Below are positions 38,901 through 51,819 of a DNA stretch of 64,000 nt, piece by piece. The notes under the pieces are model-generated. The model saw nothing but the letters and a program-made list of their open reading frames with translations. It was not told where the DNA came from and searched no databases. A program made the position numbers and the translations under genes. The DNA comes from Antedon mediterranea (lineage: Eukaryota > Animalia > Echinodermata), in the NCBI RefSeq assembly GCF_964355755.1, contig NC_092673.1, positions 26,285,648-26,349,647 on the forward strand, given 5' to 3'. Numbering within the stretch: position 1 is the stretch's first letter; each line of letters begins with the position of its first letter.

Positions 38901-41087
38901 GTCAAACTATGTAGCTCATACCATCAGGCCTTGCTGCGTAGGCTTAACTGGCAGATGTGAAATGCTAAGCCATGAACACTGTGCGATTCTTCATGGAACT
39001 TATCACCAACGTGTTTATGAGCATTGTAGCCAGGTATACAGATGTTAAGTTAACTGTAGTTTTAACTAGTCAACATTTTAGTGTATTATTAAATAGATCA
39101 CTATATTTTAAATCTACCTTAACATGTGTAAAGTCAGTAAAAAGCCAATCTTTCTTTTAGCAGTATAATGTTTATTTGGATACTAAACTTTTCCAAGAAA
39201 CTGTTTTACATTAAAAAACGTGTTTAAAAACAAAGAAAAACTGTGACACTAATCATACAAGGTGTGCTGTATAACTTCACTTAAATCCTATGGTCTTAAT
39301 TTAATCATGGTGTTAGCGTAAACAATTAAGAAGCAAAGAATATTAAACATAATTTATATTGATATTTTATTATTATAGGTAAATTGCTTGGAAGATATAT
39401 GTACACTAGGCAAAATTAAAGTAAAAATTAACACAGGTAGGTCAATTTTGAAAATAAATTGATCTGGTCGTTTTCAATGTAATGCTAGTGCTGCAGTTGA
39501 AAATTTGTCCAAGAGAGACAGAACGTTTAAATATTTGATGCTGTGATTATACTGTGAATCACTGAGAGTGGACGAGGATCCATTATTTTTGTATTATTTA
39601 TACTGGGTGACCTCTTCATTTAAAGATTGGTCTCAGTTATGATCAGTGGCTGTGACGTACTAGTACACCGGGGTACCTCCCCTCCCCCCACACTCGTCTC
39701 AAAAGATGTACTAGTCACATGAGCTAGATGTGTACACTGGACCTACAGTTTATATCCTTCCTTATCTGTTAGACTCGTTCTACCACCAGAACCATGAAGC
39801 GAGTAAGCCTTGCCGATGTTATGGCTATGTATTTACAGTTCCACTGTCTTAACCACGCAGTCACTCACTCATTATTTATTGTGAAGCTTCAGGCTTTCCA
39901 GTGTGTAGGCACTGGCATGAGAATGTATTGTCAATTAAACTTTTTGGTTGTATTTGACAGATGGTAGATTGAACTATTTACTAATATATTCTTTCTTCTA
40001 CTAGATGCTCCAAATCAATGGTGGAGATTTTTTCTGCCTCTTTTCTACCATAATGGAATAATTCATATTCTACTTACTTCTATTGCTCAGTGGATTATAC
40101 TTCGTCCAATTGAAGCTATTGCTGGAGGTGTCCGAGTGGCCATCATATATTTTACGTGTATCTTTGCCGGAAACTTGGTAAGATTAATTTTACTATACTT
40201 AATAAGTACTACTGTACAGTTGAATATTTAGTACTGCTGGCAAATAAGTACAGCTGGCAAATAAGTACATTTACCAAATAAGCAAATCTACCAAATAAGC
40301 ACATATACCAAATAAGCACTGCTGTTGAATAAGAATGTAATAAGTACTACTGCCAAATAAGCATTACTGCTGAATTTAAAGCACTACTGCTATTCTACTG
40401 CTAAATAAGTACTACTCTAAATAAGTATTGATGCTTGATAGGGCTTCCGAATAAGCACTGCAGCCAGTTAAGTACAGAGAAAGGGTATAATACATTTGTT
40501 ATGGTTCTGTCTATTCTAACATTACAGATTGTAATGGCATAATAAACGCTTATATTTACTGTATAACAAATTGTTTGAATGACAATATTATTGTGTTTTG
40601 TACAATTTATCATTCCTTCTGTATACAGATGTCTGGTATTTTCATACCATACATGCCGCAAGTAGGAGCTACATCAGCTGTATGTGGATTTCTTGGTGTT
40701 ACGTTCATCGAAATTATCCAGTCCAAAAATCTCACGCAATCAACATTTGTTGACTTCATAAAAACTTTAACAATTCTTGCTGTTTTCCTTGTATCTGGAA
40801 CATTACCGTTTGTGGATAACTTTGCACAGATAGGCGGTTTCTTAACAGGTATTGTAACTGGTATCATATTTCTACCATACATTGTGTTTGGTAGATGGAA
40901 TGTCATGCGAAGACGTCTACTGGTGTGTGTAACTACGCCTATCCTTTTGTCTTGGTTTTTTATACTAATAGTGATGTTTTACATTGTACAAAGCAGTGAA
41001 TTTTGTAGCTGGTGTCATTATTTAAATTGCATTCCTTATACAGACTCTATGTGTAATCATACTTGGCTAACATACAAACCTTTTTAG
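35972..41087 (+). CDS. Inactive rhomboid (iRhom/RHBDF-like) protein, divergent, about 710 aa
   Basis: Exons 35972-36112, 36365-36964, 37579-37933, 38151-38318, 38855-39033, 39379-39436, 40005-40177, 40629-41087 join in frame. NVWIGP..GAMYSPCMRKD, RPCCVGLTGRCE..HCSQVNCLEDIC (iRhom homology domain), PNQWWRFFLPLFYHNGIIH, GTLPFVDNFAQIGG, CSWCHYLNCIPYTDSMC. Confidence 0.92.
37377..37497. mobile_element. Short inverted-repeat element (MITE-like), iRhom intron 2
   Basis: TATAGGGGCGCTACTGCACTTTC ... GAAAGTGCAGTAGCACCCAATATA. Confidence 0.6.
39600..39870 (-). mobile_element. tRNA-derived SINE (MetaSINE-like), iRhom intron 6
   Basis: Minus strand begins GAGTGACTGCGTGGTTAAGACAGTGGAACTGTAA (A-box/tRNA-like head), has central GGATATAAACTGTAGGTCC and an A-rich tail; a more degenerate relative lies near 29540-29670. 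Family name is inference. Confidence 0.55.
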
Positions 41088-42276
41088 GAATTACTGTATA
41101 GACATGTAACTTTAATTTTAAGCGATACCTAATCTGTTTGTGTTTAACTGACTTTAACTTAATTGTTTGAGAATATCGAAAAAAAATGTCTGTATGTATG
41201 TAGATGAATTTATAAAAATGCATTCAGATTTTAGGTTAAAATTTATTTTTTTTGCAGTTGTGTTTTATAGAGGTTGATAAATATCACACCATTTAAATTA
41301 ATTGTGTTACTTACACATCTACTGTATTGTTAATATTGATGTATTATAACATGAGTTTATTTAATATTTCACATAAGAGAAAATTAATATTTTTTTTCAG
41401 TTCTGTTCAGTCAGTACTGAATATAAGCAATTAGTATGGGGGGGTTTTTAATATGTACAGTACAAAAACAACAACAACAAAAACAAAATTGGCTTTCAGT
41501 TTCAGGGTAAAACTACTTCCCTGTATTATTAATAATAAAAACCCACATTTAATAGTTCTGGTTTTTACAGAGTTTTGAAAATAGAGCAGTATACAAATCC
41601 AAATTTGCTGATGTCATTGTTGCATTAAGACGTATGTTAATGTCGACTGAACACTCTAAACAAAATCATCACAATGCTTTTCTTTTATTGTGACATTCCA
41701 TGAAAAATCAATATTGTGAACATTGTTATTAAGATGTGGATTTCATTGATTCGTACACAAGCAGTCGGAAAAAAGTCACAAGCTGCCAACAATTCGTTCC
41801 GATTCATTTGATCTGTTGTACCACCATCTTGTAGTAATACCGTCACAAAATATACATTGTACTGTACTTATGTATTAAAATACATGTTGTGTTATAATAC
41901 AAAAATATAATTTGTATTTTGTGTTAAGATATGATAGTATCATACAGCTTTAACTGTGAGTAGTCTTTTGTTTGTCGTAATCCTTAACAATTTATATACT
42001 CTAGTCTAGCCTAGCTAGTATTGTGCAATGCCTGACGGCTACTACATCCTGTCTGAAAGCTCACACAGGCGGGTTCAGGCACAGTCACAATGGGATATAA
42101 ATAGGATACATTACTAATACTAGGATTAAAAATTGCTTACACATATACTGAGTACTACAATACCTGTTAGTAAAACCTTTTGTTTCAATAATAATTTATA
42201 TATTTTAGCTTGTACAATAGACTGAAATGTATTTTCTATTAATGATGTTTTATTTAATAAGGTACAGTATTGATTA

Positions 42277-43716
42277 AGTATTATAACTGAAGTTAAGAAA
42301 CCACTGATATTATAACTGAAGCTCAGGAAACCACTGATATTATAACTGAAGCTCAGGAAACCCAACTGATATTAATTATAACTGAAGTTAGGAAACCCAA
42401 CTGATATTATAACTGAAGTTAGGGAACCCAACTGATATTATAACTGAAGTTCAGGAAACCCAACTGATATTAATTATAACTGAAGTTAGGGAACCCAACT
42501 GATATTATAACTGAAGTTCAGGAAACCCAACTGATATTAATTATAACTGAAGTTAGGGAACCCAACTGATATTATAACTGAAGTTCAGGAAACCCAACTG
42601 ATATTAATTATAACTGAAGTTAAGGAACCCAACTGATATTATAACTGAAGTTTAGGAAACCCAACTGATATTAATTATAACTGAAGTTAGGAAACCCAAC
42701 TGATATTATAACTGAAGTTCAGGAAACCCAACTGATATTAATTATAACTGAAGTTAGGAAACCACTGATGTTATAACTGAAGTTCAGGAAACCCAACTGA
42801 TATTAATTATAACTGAAGTTAGGAAACCACTGATATTATAACTGAAGTTCAGGAAACCCAACTGATAATAATTATAACTGAAGTTAGGAAACCACTGATA
42901 TTATAACTGAAGTTAGGAAACCACTGATATTATAACTGAAGTTAGGAAACCACTGATATTATAACTGAAGTTAGGAAACCACTGATATTATAACTGAAGT
43001 TCAGGAAACCACTGATATTATAACTGAAGTTAGGAAACCCAACTGATATTAATTATAACTGAAGTTAGGAAACCACTAGCTGATATTATAACTGAAGTTA
43101 GGAAACCACTGATATTATAACTGAAGTTAGGAAACCACTGATATTGAAGTTCAGGAAACCCAACTGATAATAATTATAACTGAAGTTAGGAAACCACTGA
43201 TATTATAACTGAAGGTAGGAAACCACTGATATTATAACTGAAGTTAGGAAACCACTGATATTATAACTGAAGTTAGGAAACCACTGATATTATAACTGAA
43301 GTTCAGGAAACCACTGATATTATAACTGAAGTTAGGAAACCCAACTGATATTAATTATAACTGAAGTTAGGAAACCACTGATATTATAACTGAAGTTAGG
43401 AAACCACTGATATTATAACTGAAGTTAGGAAACCACTGATATTATAACTGAAGTTAGGAAACCACTGATATTATAACTGAAGTTCAGGAAACCACTGATA
43501 TTATAACTGAAGTTAGGAAACCCAACTGATATTAATTATAACTGAAGTTAGGAAACCACTGATATTATAACTGAAGTTAGGAAACCACTGATATTATAAC
43601 TGAAGTTAGGAAACCACTGATATTATAACTGAAGTTCAGGAAACCCAACTGATATTAATTATAACTGAAGTTAGGAAACCACTGATATTATAACTGAAGT
43701 TAGGAAACCCAACTGA
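42277..43716. repeat. 29-35-bp minisatellite, about 1.4 kb
   Basis: Core unit ACTGATATTATAACTGAAGTTAGGAAACC with +CA, +ATTA and +C length variants. Confidence 0.97.
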
Positions 43717-43860
43717 ATCTACACTCAATTTTCTTCATTATTAATTTATACTGTAATTTTGCTTCATGTCAAAAGTCTCATTATGAAGAAAGAAAAATTG
43801 ATAGGAATGGAAAATGGGAGATTATAACAGTCCACTTTAACACACTTCACATTGAGAAAG

Positions 43861-46800
43861 ATGGACAAGCCAGGTAGGCCTACAGTTTTTTTGTAACAAT
43901 CAAGGCCTGCACCTCATAAAACAGCCTGGAGTGGAGCTTTAAAATATTATAACAATCGTCGTTTACAGCCTAATAATATATGTTTTTATCCTCTTCTATT
44001 GGCATATGATATTTGGATGCTCAGGGTACCTGTCTTTGTTAAACGTTAATTTTAGTAAGCTTTCTTTAATCTTTGTTTATTTATATTGTAGAAGAATATG
44101 TAATTGATTATAAAAGATCACATAGGATGTGGAGTCATCTAATGAGTATTGCTGGCGTGACCAGCTGTTTTTTGGTAGAAAGGTAAATACTTTTATTTAT
44201 ACATATTTACTACAGATTTGTTGGAGCTGCTGGTCGAACTCTGTGAAAACATTGCTAAAAAAGATGTCGAGATGCTAAGAGTCCTTTACAGAGATTTTCC
44301 AGTTTCTATAACACAGTTAGAAGGTGCTGGGTCTGCATTTGATATATTCCGACTCCTTGAAGCACCTGGTCTATTGACGCCTACTAATATCAATATTTTG
44401 ATTCAAACAATTGAGATCACAGGATTGGCCCATTTGAAGATGATAATTGAAAGGTATGCGACTTACCCTGTCACAGTTGAAATCGACATGTTTTCTAAAT
44501 TTCGTCAAGATGTGATCGATCTTGGAAAAGGCTTATCAGTTGAAGAAATTCAAAAGATCTGTCAGATATACGGATGTAGCTTTCGTTTACCATGGAAATT
44601 GATTCAACATCTTGAGAATAGCAGTGTTCTAACTAAAGAGACGTTGCCATCTTTTCTTGATACTTTGAAGTCAAGCCAAGCAACTAAAGGTAAGTCAATT
44701 CAAGAAATACCTTACCACCTCATACACCCTAAATTGGTTGTGAAATGCAAGAATAGTAAAACTGTACATCAAACAAATTGCAAGGTCGAAAAACCACATG
44801 CTGGTGAACCGAAAATGAAAGCTCTGCAAGTTACTGTAACACCTCATCGGTACTGCATTTTTTCATGTTTAACTCTTAACGGTACTGCATTTTTTCATGT
44901 TTATAAATATTTTTACAAATGTTGTAAATTTATATTTCATTTAATAATACATGGTTGTCTTGTCGTCTCATCTATATTCTCTCTCCAGCTTGTTTGTCAC
45001 TGAAGATCATACAAAGCCACACAAACAAAACAAAATTTGAATTTAACCATTATTGTCTCTTAAATATAATATAATAAAATATTATTTCTTTTTTAAATAT
45101 TAATACTAGATTTTAACAAACTGCTTTCGGATTTGTCTGAAGCTATCGAAAACAAGAGTAAAGAATATGTAAGTATGTTGAAGGTTTTATGCGCAGACCA
45201 TGTCAATGTTCAGGCAGACTTATGGAAGGCCAAAACTGCATTTGATGTATTCAAACTACTTGAAGAAGCAGGCTATTTGAAGACAACAGATATCTCTATT
45301 CTGCATGAAATGATTGTAGTAACAGGACTGGACTACTTGAAGGAGATTATTGAAAGGTATATGCAGCCATACCCAGACCAAGTGAGTGTCATACATTTTT
45401 CAGCACACCGTCACAATATAATGCATCTTGGAAAAAGCCTTTCCAACAAGCGTCTTCGTCGAATTTGCTGCAAGTATGAAGTTCCATCAAATCACCGCTC
45501 TAGATGGAAAATGATCAAATATCTTCAAGAAAACGATCGTCTTTCAGAAGAGAATATTTCAATGTTTCTTGATAAACTAAAACAAAATGAAGGTGAGTAG
45601 ATGTGGTCGAGTTCGGTTTACATAAAGAAAATAAATGACTTAAGTTCACTTTCTCTCTGGAAGTTTCCCCCGTCCACAGGCTAGCTGTAATCACCTAAAG
45701 CATTCATACGCTTTTACCAATTATATGGCGCACCAGCATAACCTTAGTAAAGTTTTTTTTTCAGAATCCGAGAGTGTAACACTAGTGAAATTCAGACGTA
45801 ATCAAGGTAATATTCTTGTGAAACTTCCCTAGTGATAATACAAAATGGTTATAATCTGGACTAGGCCATAAATAGTCCAATCGCACTTGAGAAACTCTTG
45901 ATTTGTTTTTTTTTTATAATGATGTTTTAAAATTAAATTTTGAATAATAATTATACTTTCAGACCAAACAATCAGGGATTATTTGTCATCCTGGATGAGG
46001 AGGTTGTATAAAGACGAGAACAAAATGACACCAGCCATCTGGCACGAAGGTCACACAGTAGATGTTACAAGTCTGTTTACAGACCTCAACTTGCGGCAAG
46101 TTGATGGTGACATGGTAAAATCTATTTCTATACAAGAGGAAGGTAGACCTACCATATTAAAAGAGGTGTTAGGTTTTATGAAGTCCACAGAGGCATGTAA
46201 GTTGCTTATAACAGGTAAAGGTGGAATGGGAAAAACCACCCTGCTTAAATATATTGCTCATAATTGGGCTACTGGTGTTGATGATACATTTTCTGATAAG
46301 TTAATCTTTCTGATAAATGTTAGAGATTTACACGCAAGAAAAACGATTGTAGATGCTGCTGTGAAGACAATTATGCCAGAAACTTTTAGACAAAACACCA
46401 AAATTCAGGAAGATCCTGTAAAGGTATTGGAAACATTCATAACAGACCACGATAATGAATTAGTTCTTTTGTTAGATGGCTTAGATGAGTTGGAAGAAGG
46501 TGCTACGAGTCCAATATTTTTGTTTAAAAACCTAGAATTAAGAAAAAGCAGTGTGATACTAACATCTCGTCCTGGAAATACTGCTAAGTTTGAACAATGC
46601 TGTAAAGCACACATTGAAGTTAAAGGATTCAACGCAGCTAGCATACATGAATTCATTGGTAAATATTACAAATCATGTAATAAAGTCGACCTGGGTCAAC
46701 AACTGGTAAGAAAGTTTAACCTGGATTCTATCTGCACCCATATGCGGGGCGGAAGTAACAAAGAAGCGTTTGAGTTATGCTCATCACCATTTTTGTTGCT

Positions 46801-49800
46801 CAAAATTTGTACAATCTGGGAAGAAAAACGACAACTTCCAACTGATCTGTCTGATCTTTTCAAAGATCTGATTTGTTGCATTCTAAATCAATACAGAAAT
46901 AAATCTGGGAGTGAAGCTTCAGAGTGTATAGATGAATTTGATAGAATTCCAGAGAATCAGAGGGTTGCTATTTTAGCTTTGGGAAAGTACACGTATGAAG
47001 GCTTAAAAACAAATAAACTGACAATTGATCGATTTCTTTTGAAGGAAATGGTGAAGGATGATGAGTTAGTTAAACTAGCACTTGAACCAGGATTTGTTTA
47101 CAAAGAGAACCCAGTTGCTCATGATGATCTCAAACAGATTTATACACCTCCGCACAAGTTGATCTCAGAGGCAGTAGCAGGATTCTACCTTTCTGTCCAG
47201 ATTGATAATGATACTCTGGATGCAGACGAGTTCCAGATATTAAGATCAAACGAGTATTTGCATATGACAAGGATATTTGCAATAGAGTTCTTAGGTGTCA
47301 ATGCTGGTGAATTGTTGAAGCATTGGTTAACAAATGAAGCCTCTAATTACTTCTCATTAGCACAATATTTTAGATATGTTAAAGAGAAATACAAAAAAGA
47401 TGTGCTTAATAACCTGGATAAAGTCATGTCACCTCCAATGAGAAGAAAATGTTCTGAAATGCGCGAGACATTTAGAATGGTTCTATGTTTTCAGAATGAA
47501 GACGGGCAACAAAACCTGGGTAAACATGAACATTTATTACAGATGATGAGCGACTGCTTTGTTAAATACGAAAGCAAACGTGAGAAACTTGTCCAGCTCA
47601 TGTTATCACAAAAATCTACAGAGACTATAGATGTTCTTACAAGTTTAGTCCACATTTTAATCATGATAGACGGACTTTATGGTAGTCACTTTTGTATACA
47701 CAAATCATATTTTGAGTATCTAGCACAACTGACTGATGATGATATTAATGTTCTTACCGAAAAAATGGAAGAAATTAAGTTCACATACAGTTCAGATAAG
47801 TTTAGTTTTGATAAGTTTAAAGCACCTAATCAAAAGAAGCTGTTAAGTTCTAAGTTTGTTAGCCATGTGCTAAATACCAGCAGCAATTTGAGATTCCTGA
47901 CTTTAAATTGTGTGAAGGGTTGTACATTGAATGCCGTTTTTTCTGATCTCAACAATGACAAAGAATCATTCTTCAAATTAGAATACATTTGTTTTAGAAA
48001 CAATGATTTAAGTGATTTCGATGGTTTATCACTAGTAATCTTATTTCAGACCACTCCAAAATTGAGAGAACTTGATATGAGTGATTGTAATTTATCTGGT
48101 GGGATTGTTAATACAGTTGTCAACGAATTAGAAAGTCGCCAGATAAAATTATTCTTACCTTCACTGATAGTATCCCACAATTATTTTGAAGATACCGATG
48201 GTGCATCTTTTGCTACTTTGATTAGGTTTGCTCCTGAGCTTAAATATCTAGATATCGGGTCTTGTTCTCTGACTACAAAGTTTTTAAGTAACTTGTTGGA
48301 TGAATGTGATAGAAATGGAGTTCTTCTCAGCGATCACTTACTCAACCTAACAGGCAACAAATTTGTGGATATTAATGGTGCATCACTGGTTAAATTGGTA
48401 AAATTGAGTGGGCAATCGTTCAAATGGAACGATTACAGTCTTTCAGTGGCTAACTTTGAAAGTCTTCTTTCATATGTATGTGAAATCGATTGTAGAGTTA
48501 CATTGCCATGGACAAAGTTGAACATAAGTGGACTTGACCTAAGCTCAATAATTGCAGAAGCATTAGCCTGTTTATTTGAGAGATCTCCCAACTTGTGCAA
48601 ACTTAGTATGGACAATTGTAATCTGTCTGGTAGTGTTATGAGTGATGTATTAGACAATTGTGAAGCAAATGGTGTTGTATTGAAAGAGAACATCCTTAGT
48701 CTGAAAGGCAACAATCTATCGGACATTGATGATATGTCACTTTCTGCATTGTTAAATTTGATCTGTCTGTCTGACAACACAAGGAAAGGTAGACGAGATA
48801 GAATGGATTCATCAATAGATCATGAAACCTTTCTTCAATGGAGCGATTACTCTTTTTCAACTAGTAACCTAACGGGCATGATAAATGTAAGCATGCTGGA
48901 TTCTGATGATCCATTTTCATGGAGACGATTGGATTTAAGTGGTAACAACTTGGCTTCTATCACTGGCAACATGTTTGTTACTTTGCTCAAGCTGTCCCCG
49001 CAACTTAATTATCTTAAAATGAACAATTGCAGTTTGTCAGGTAAATGCATCAAAAACATATTAGATGAATGCGAGAAGAATGGTATCAAGTTAAACGGCA
49101 ATATTAGACTGAGTTTGAAAAGCAATGACCTGTCTGATATTGATGATGTCACACTTGTGGAAGTCGTGGGCTTCAGTGGTAAATCTTTTGAATGGAGTGA
49201 ATACTCTCTATCCTCTACAAACCTTCGAGACTTTCTAAGTAGAGTTCATGACAAATTGATGTGGCAAAATTTGGATTTAAGCGATGTTGATCTTAGTTTA
49301 TTGGAAGCGAAATCATTATTTGATCTTTTCAAAGTCTCACCAAAGTTAAAAGTATTCAATATGAATAGATGTCATCTGCAGAGCAATGTGTTGGCAGATG
49401 TTTTCAACAGATGTCAAGAAAGCAACATGATTTTGAGTTTAACTGATCTGTTTTTGAAGGGCAATGATTTCCATGGTCTTGATAGCGACACATTTTCTAC
49501 ACTGACACGGTGCATTCCTGATCTAGAGAAACTTGACATGAGTGATTGTAAACTCACCTGCAGCATCATGAAAGACCTTCCGATGTCATCTTCAAACAAA
49601 ATCCAATTGAAGTCATTACAAGCCATAAACTTATCTGGTAATAACTTCAAAGAGCTTACAAAAGCAGTAATTACTACCTTCTCTAACTGTTTTCCTGCAT
49701 TGGAACACCTTGTAATGAGAAGTTGTAATCTACCAGTTGGCATGGTGCAATATTTACCTGAAATGGCATCAAAAAGGAATATTCCCCTAACGTTAACATC

Positions 49801-50449
49801 AATTGACATCGGAGGAAATGATCTTAGCAAAGTTAAATGGGCGACATTCTCTTCACGCATTTCCAAGTCAACTCAACTTAAAGTCGTTAAGTTAGATAGT
49901 TGTCACTTGCCAAGTACCTTTCTATATGACATAGAAAGAGTTTTCTCAAGGAGAGAACTTAAGTTAAGGTTGACCGATATATTCCTGCATCATAATGATT
50001 TGAGTAACTTGAAAAAGGATGTGGTAGTCTCAATATTGTCAGCACTTCCTAGCCTGATGCGTTTATATTTAGATAACTGTAATCTAAAAAGTAAAGATTT
50101 GCTGGCATTAATTGAAGCATTTTCAGAGATAGGATCAAGACGGTTACTTCGTGTATTCAACACACTTCGACTTCACAAAAACGACTTTAGTGACATTGAT
50201 GGAATGTCACTCGCTTTGCTGTTTAAATCTGTATATTCTCTGTGTTCCCCATATTTGTTGAGTTTTATCCCCCAACTCGTGATACTATCATCTTGTGGAC
50301 TAAATGATGGTATTATTGTGGATATGGTCAACTCATGGCAGGTTGAGACAAATGCTTTTAAATTGACAATTGATGATAACAACATTGCTGATAAAGATGC
50401 AATTAAAAGAAAACTGAAGGGCATCATTGCAGAACTGGATGATTTTTAA
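43861..50449 (+). CDS. NLR-family protein: (DED-DED)x2 - NACHT - LRR, about 1818 aa
   Basis: Phase-1 exons 43861-43873 (MDKP; start least certain), 44216-44689, 45110-45592, 45963-50449. DED-like LL.EL.E......L..L....AFD.F.LLE..G.L...NI..L; Walker A GKGGMGKTT, Walker B LVLLLDGLDEL, VILTSRP, CSSPFLL, HKLISEAVAGFYL; many LxxLxLxxCxL / LxxNxL LRRs. Confidence 0.92.
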
Positions 50450-51819
50450 ACTGAGATTAAGAGTCATCTAAGGTAATTGATATGAATTAAAATTAGGCCA
50501 GCACTGTAAAAGCATAGCATGAAATTTTTGGTATGAAGTCTGTGTACAATGGGTGAATGGTAATTCTGTATTTGTAACTATAGGCTCTCTGTTGTTGATT
50601 TTATGAAGTATACAATTGTGAGCTAAGTAGCTTTAGTAACAATAGTCAGCTAGTTCGTTAAGTTAATATAATTACAACATTTTTTTGTAAGTGTCAGAAA
50701 TGGAAATGTTTAGTTTCTAAATAACTTATGCATGCATTTTAGTTTAAATAGGATATAAGAAGCATGGCATTTACTTTTTCATTTGTTTGTGCAACTTTTT
50801 TATAATGGGTGAAATGGAAATACTTTAAGGTACTTTTATAATTGTTTTTATGAACAGTGGGGTGACAGTGGCAAGTGTAGCATTAGCAGTTACATATAGT
50901 CAGATAGTTACAATTACTGTTTATCAATCAGACATATGAAAATATATATTTTATGAGTAAACCATGGAGCTATAAGTCAAAATCATTATTGTATTTATTA
51001 TTACACATTATTTATATAGTAGAAAATTAAGATTAAGAACTTATTTGTTATTATATATACTGCATATTTCATTTATTACTTTATATGTTAATAATAAATA
51101 ATATTGACAAACACTTTTGGATCAGTGGCAACACACTCATTAGTGGTGCAGTCAACTTAAACTACATACAAATAAACATTATAAACCAAACATGTACTGT
51201 ATGTACACTCAACGATACATACATAAACATTAAATACAATAGTAAAACAAAACCAATGCAGTGGCTCCTTAACTTTTGACTTTATCTTTTAACTTTTTAA
51301 ACTTTTTTTTTAGCAACAATGCAAATTACCTCTTTTTTAACTCAGATCTTTTTTCCCAGGCAACTTCAAGAAAATGTTTACAATATTTATCACATGCTGC
51401 CAAGACAGCTTTACTAAGATCCATGTTAATGTCCCCCCTAAAACTAAAATTGTTTTTTAATTAACTATATGTATTTAAAATATTCCCATGTTGCACACTG
51501 ACTCATCCAAAATTAAGGTCATTATTATTAAACACATTGTTATTGTATCATTATTATAATGTACAATATAATCTCTCCAAGGAAACAAATATATGACATT
51601 TTGTATTTGTTGTTAATTTATATTGAAAATAAAGTTTTTGGTTGATGCATTGATAGGAATTTGGTTACGATATGTACCGGTAGGTCAAATTATTTTCCTA
51701 TAGCTGATTGGCTAATAATAGCAACAAACAATGCCATCATCATCCATATTATTACCACACGTGACGTACACGGAGTCAGACGCACGACACGCGTTTTTCT
51801 TCATTTTAGCTTCAACATT

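Noticed and set aside
42277-43716. CRISPR-like appearance of the 29-35-bp arrays (also 7403-8727)
   Set aside because: No unique spacers, no cas genes, eukaryotic context: plain minisatellites.
44092-44182. Possible extra NLR exon
   Set aside because: Leaves a 33-bp intron and ends in phase 2, incompatible with the phase-1 DED exons.
46051-50427. Minus-strand ORFs within the NLR exon (likewise antisense ORFs in PERK, iRhom, GPCR and the zinc-finger gene)
   Set aside because: Antisense shadows of long coding exons, with no motifs of their own.
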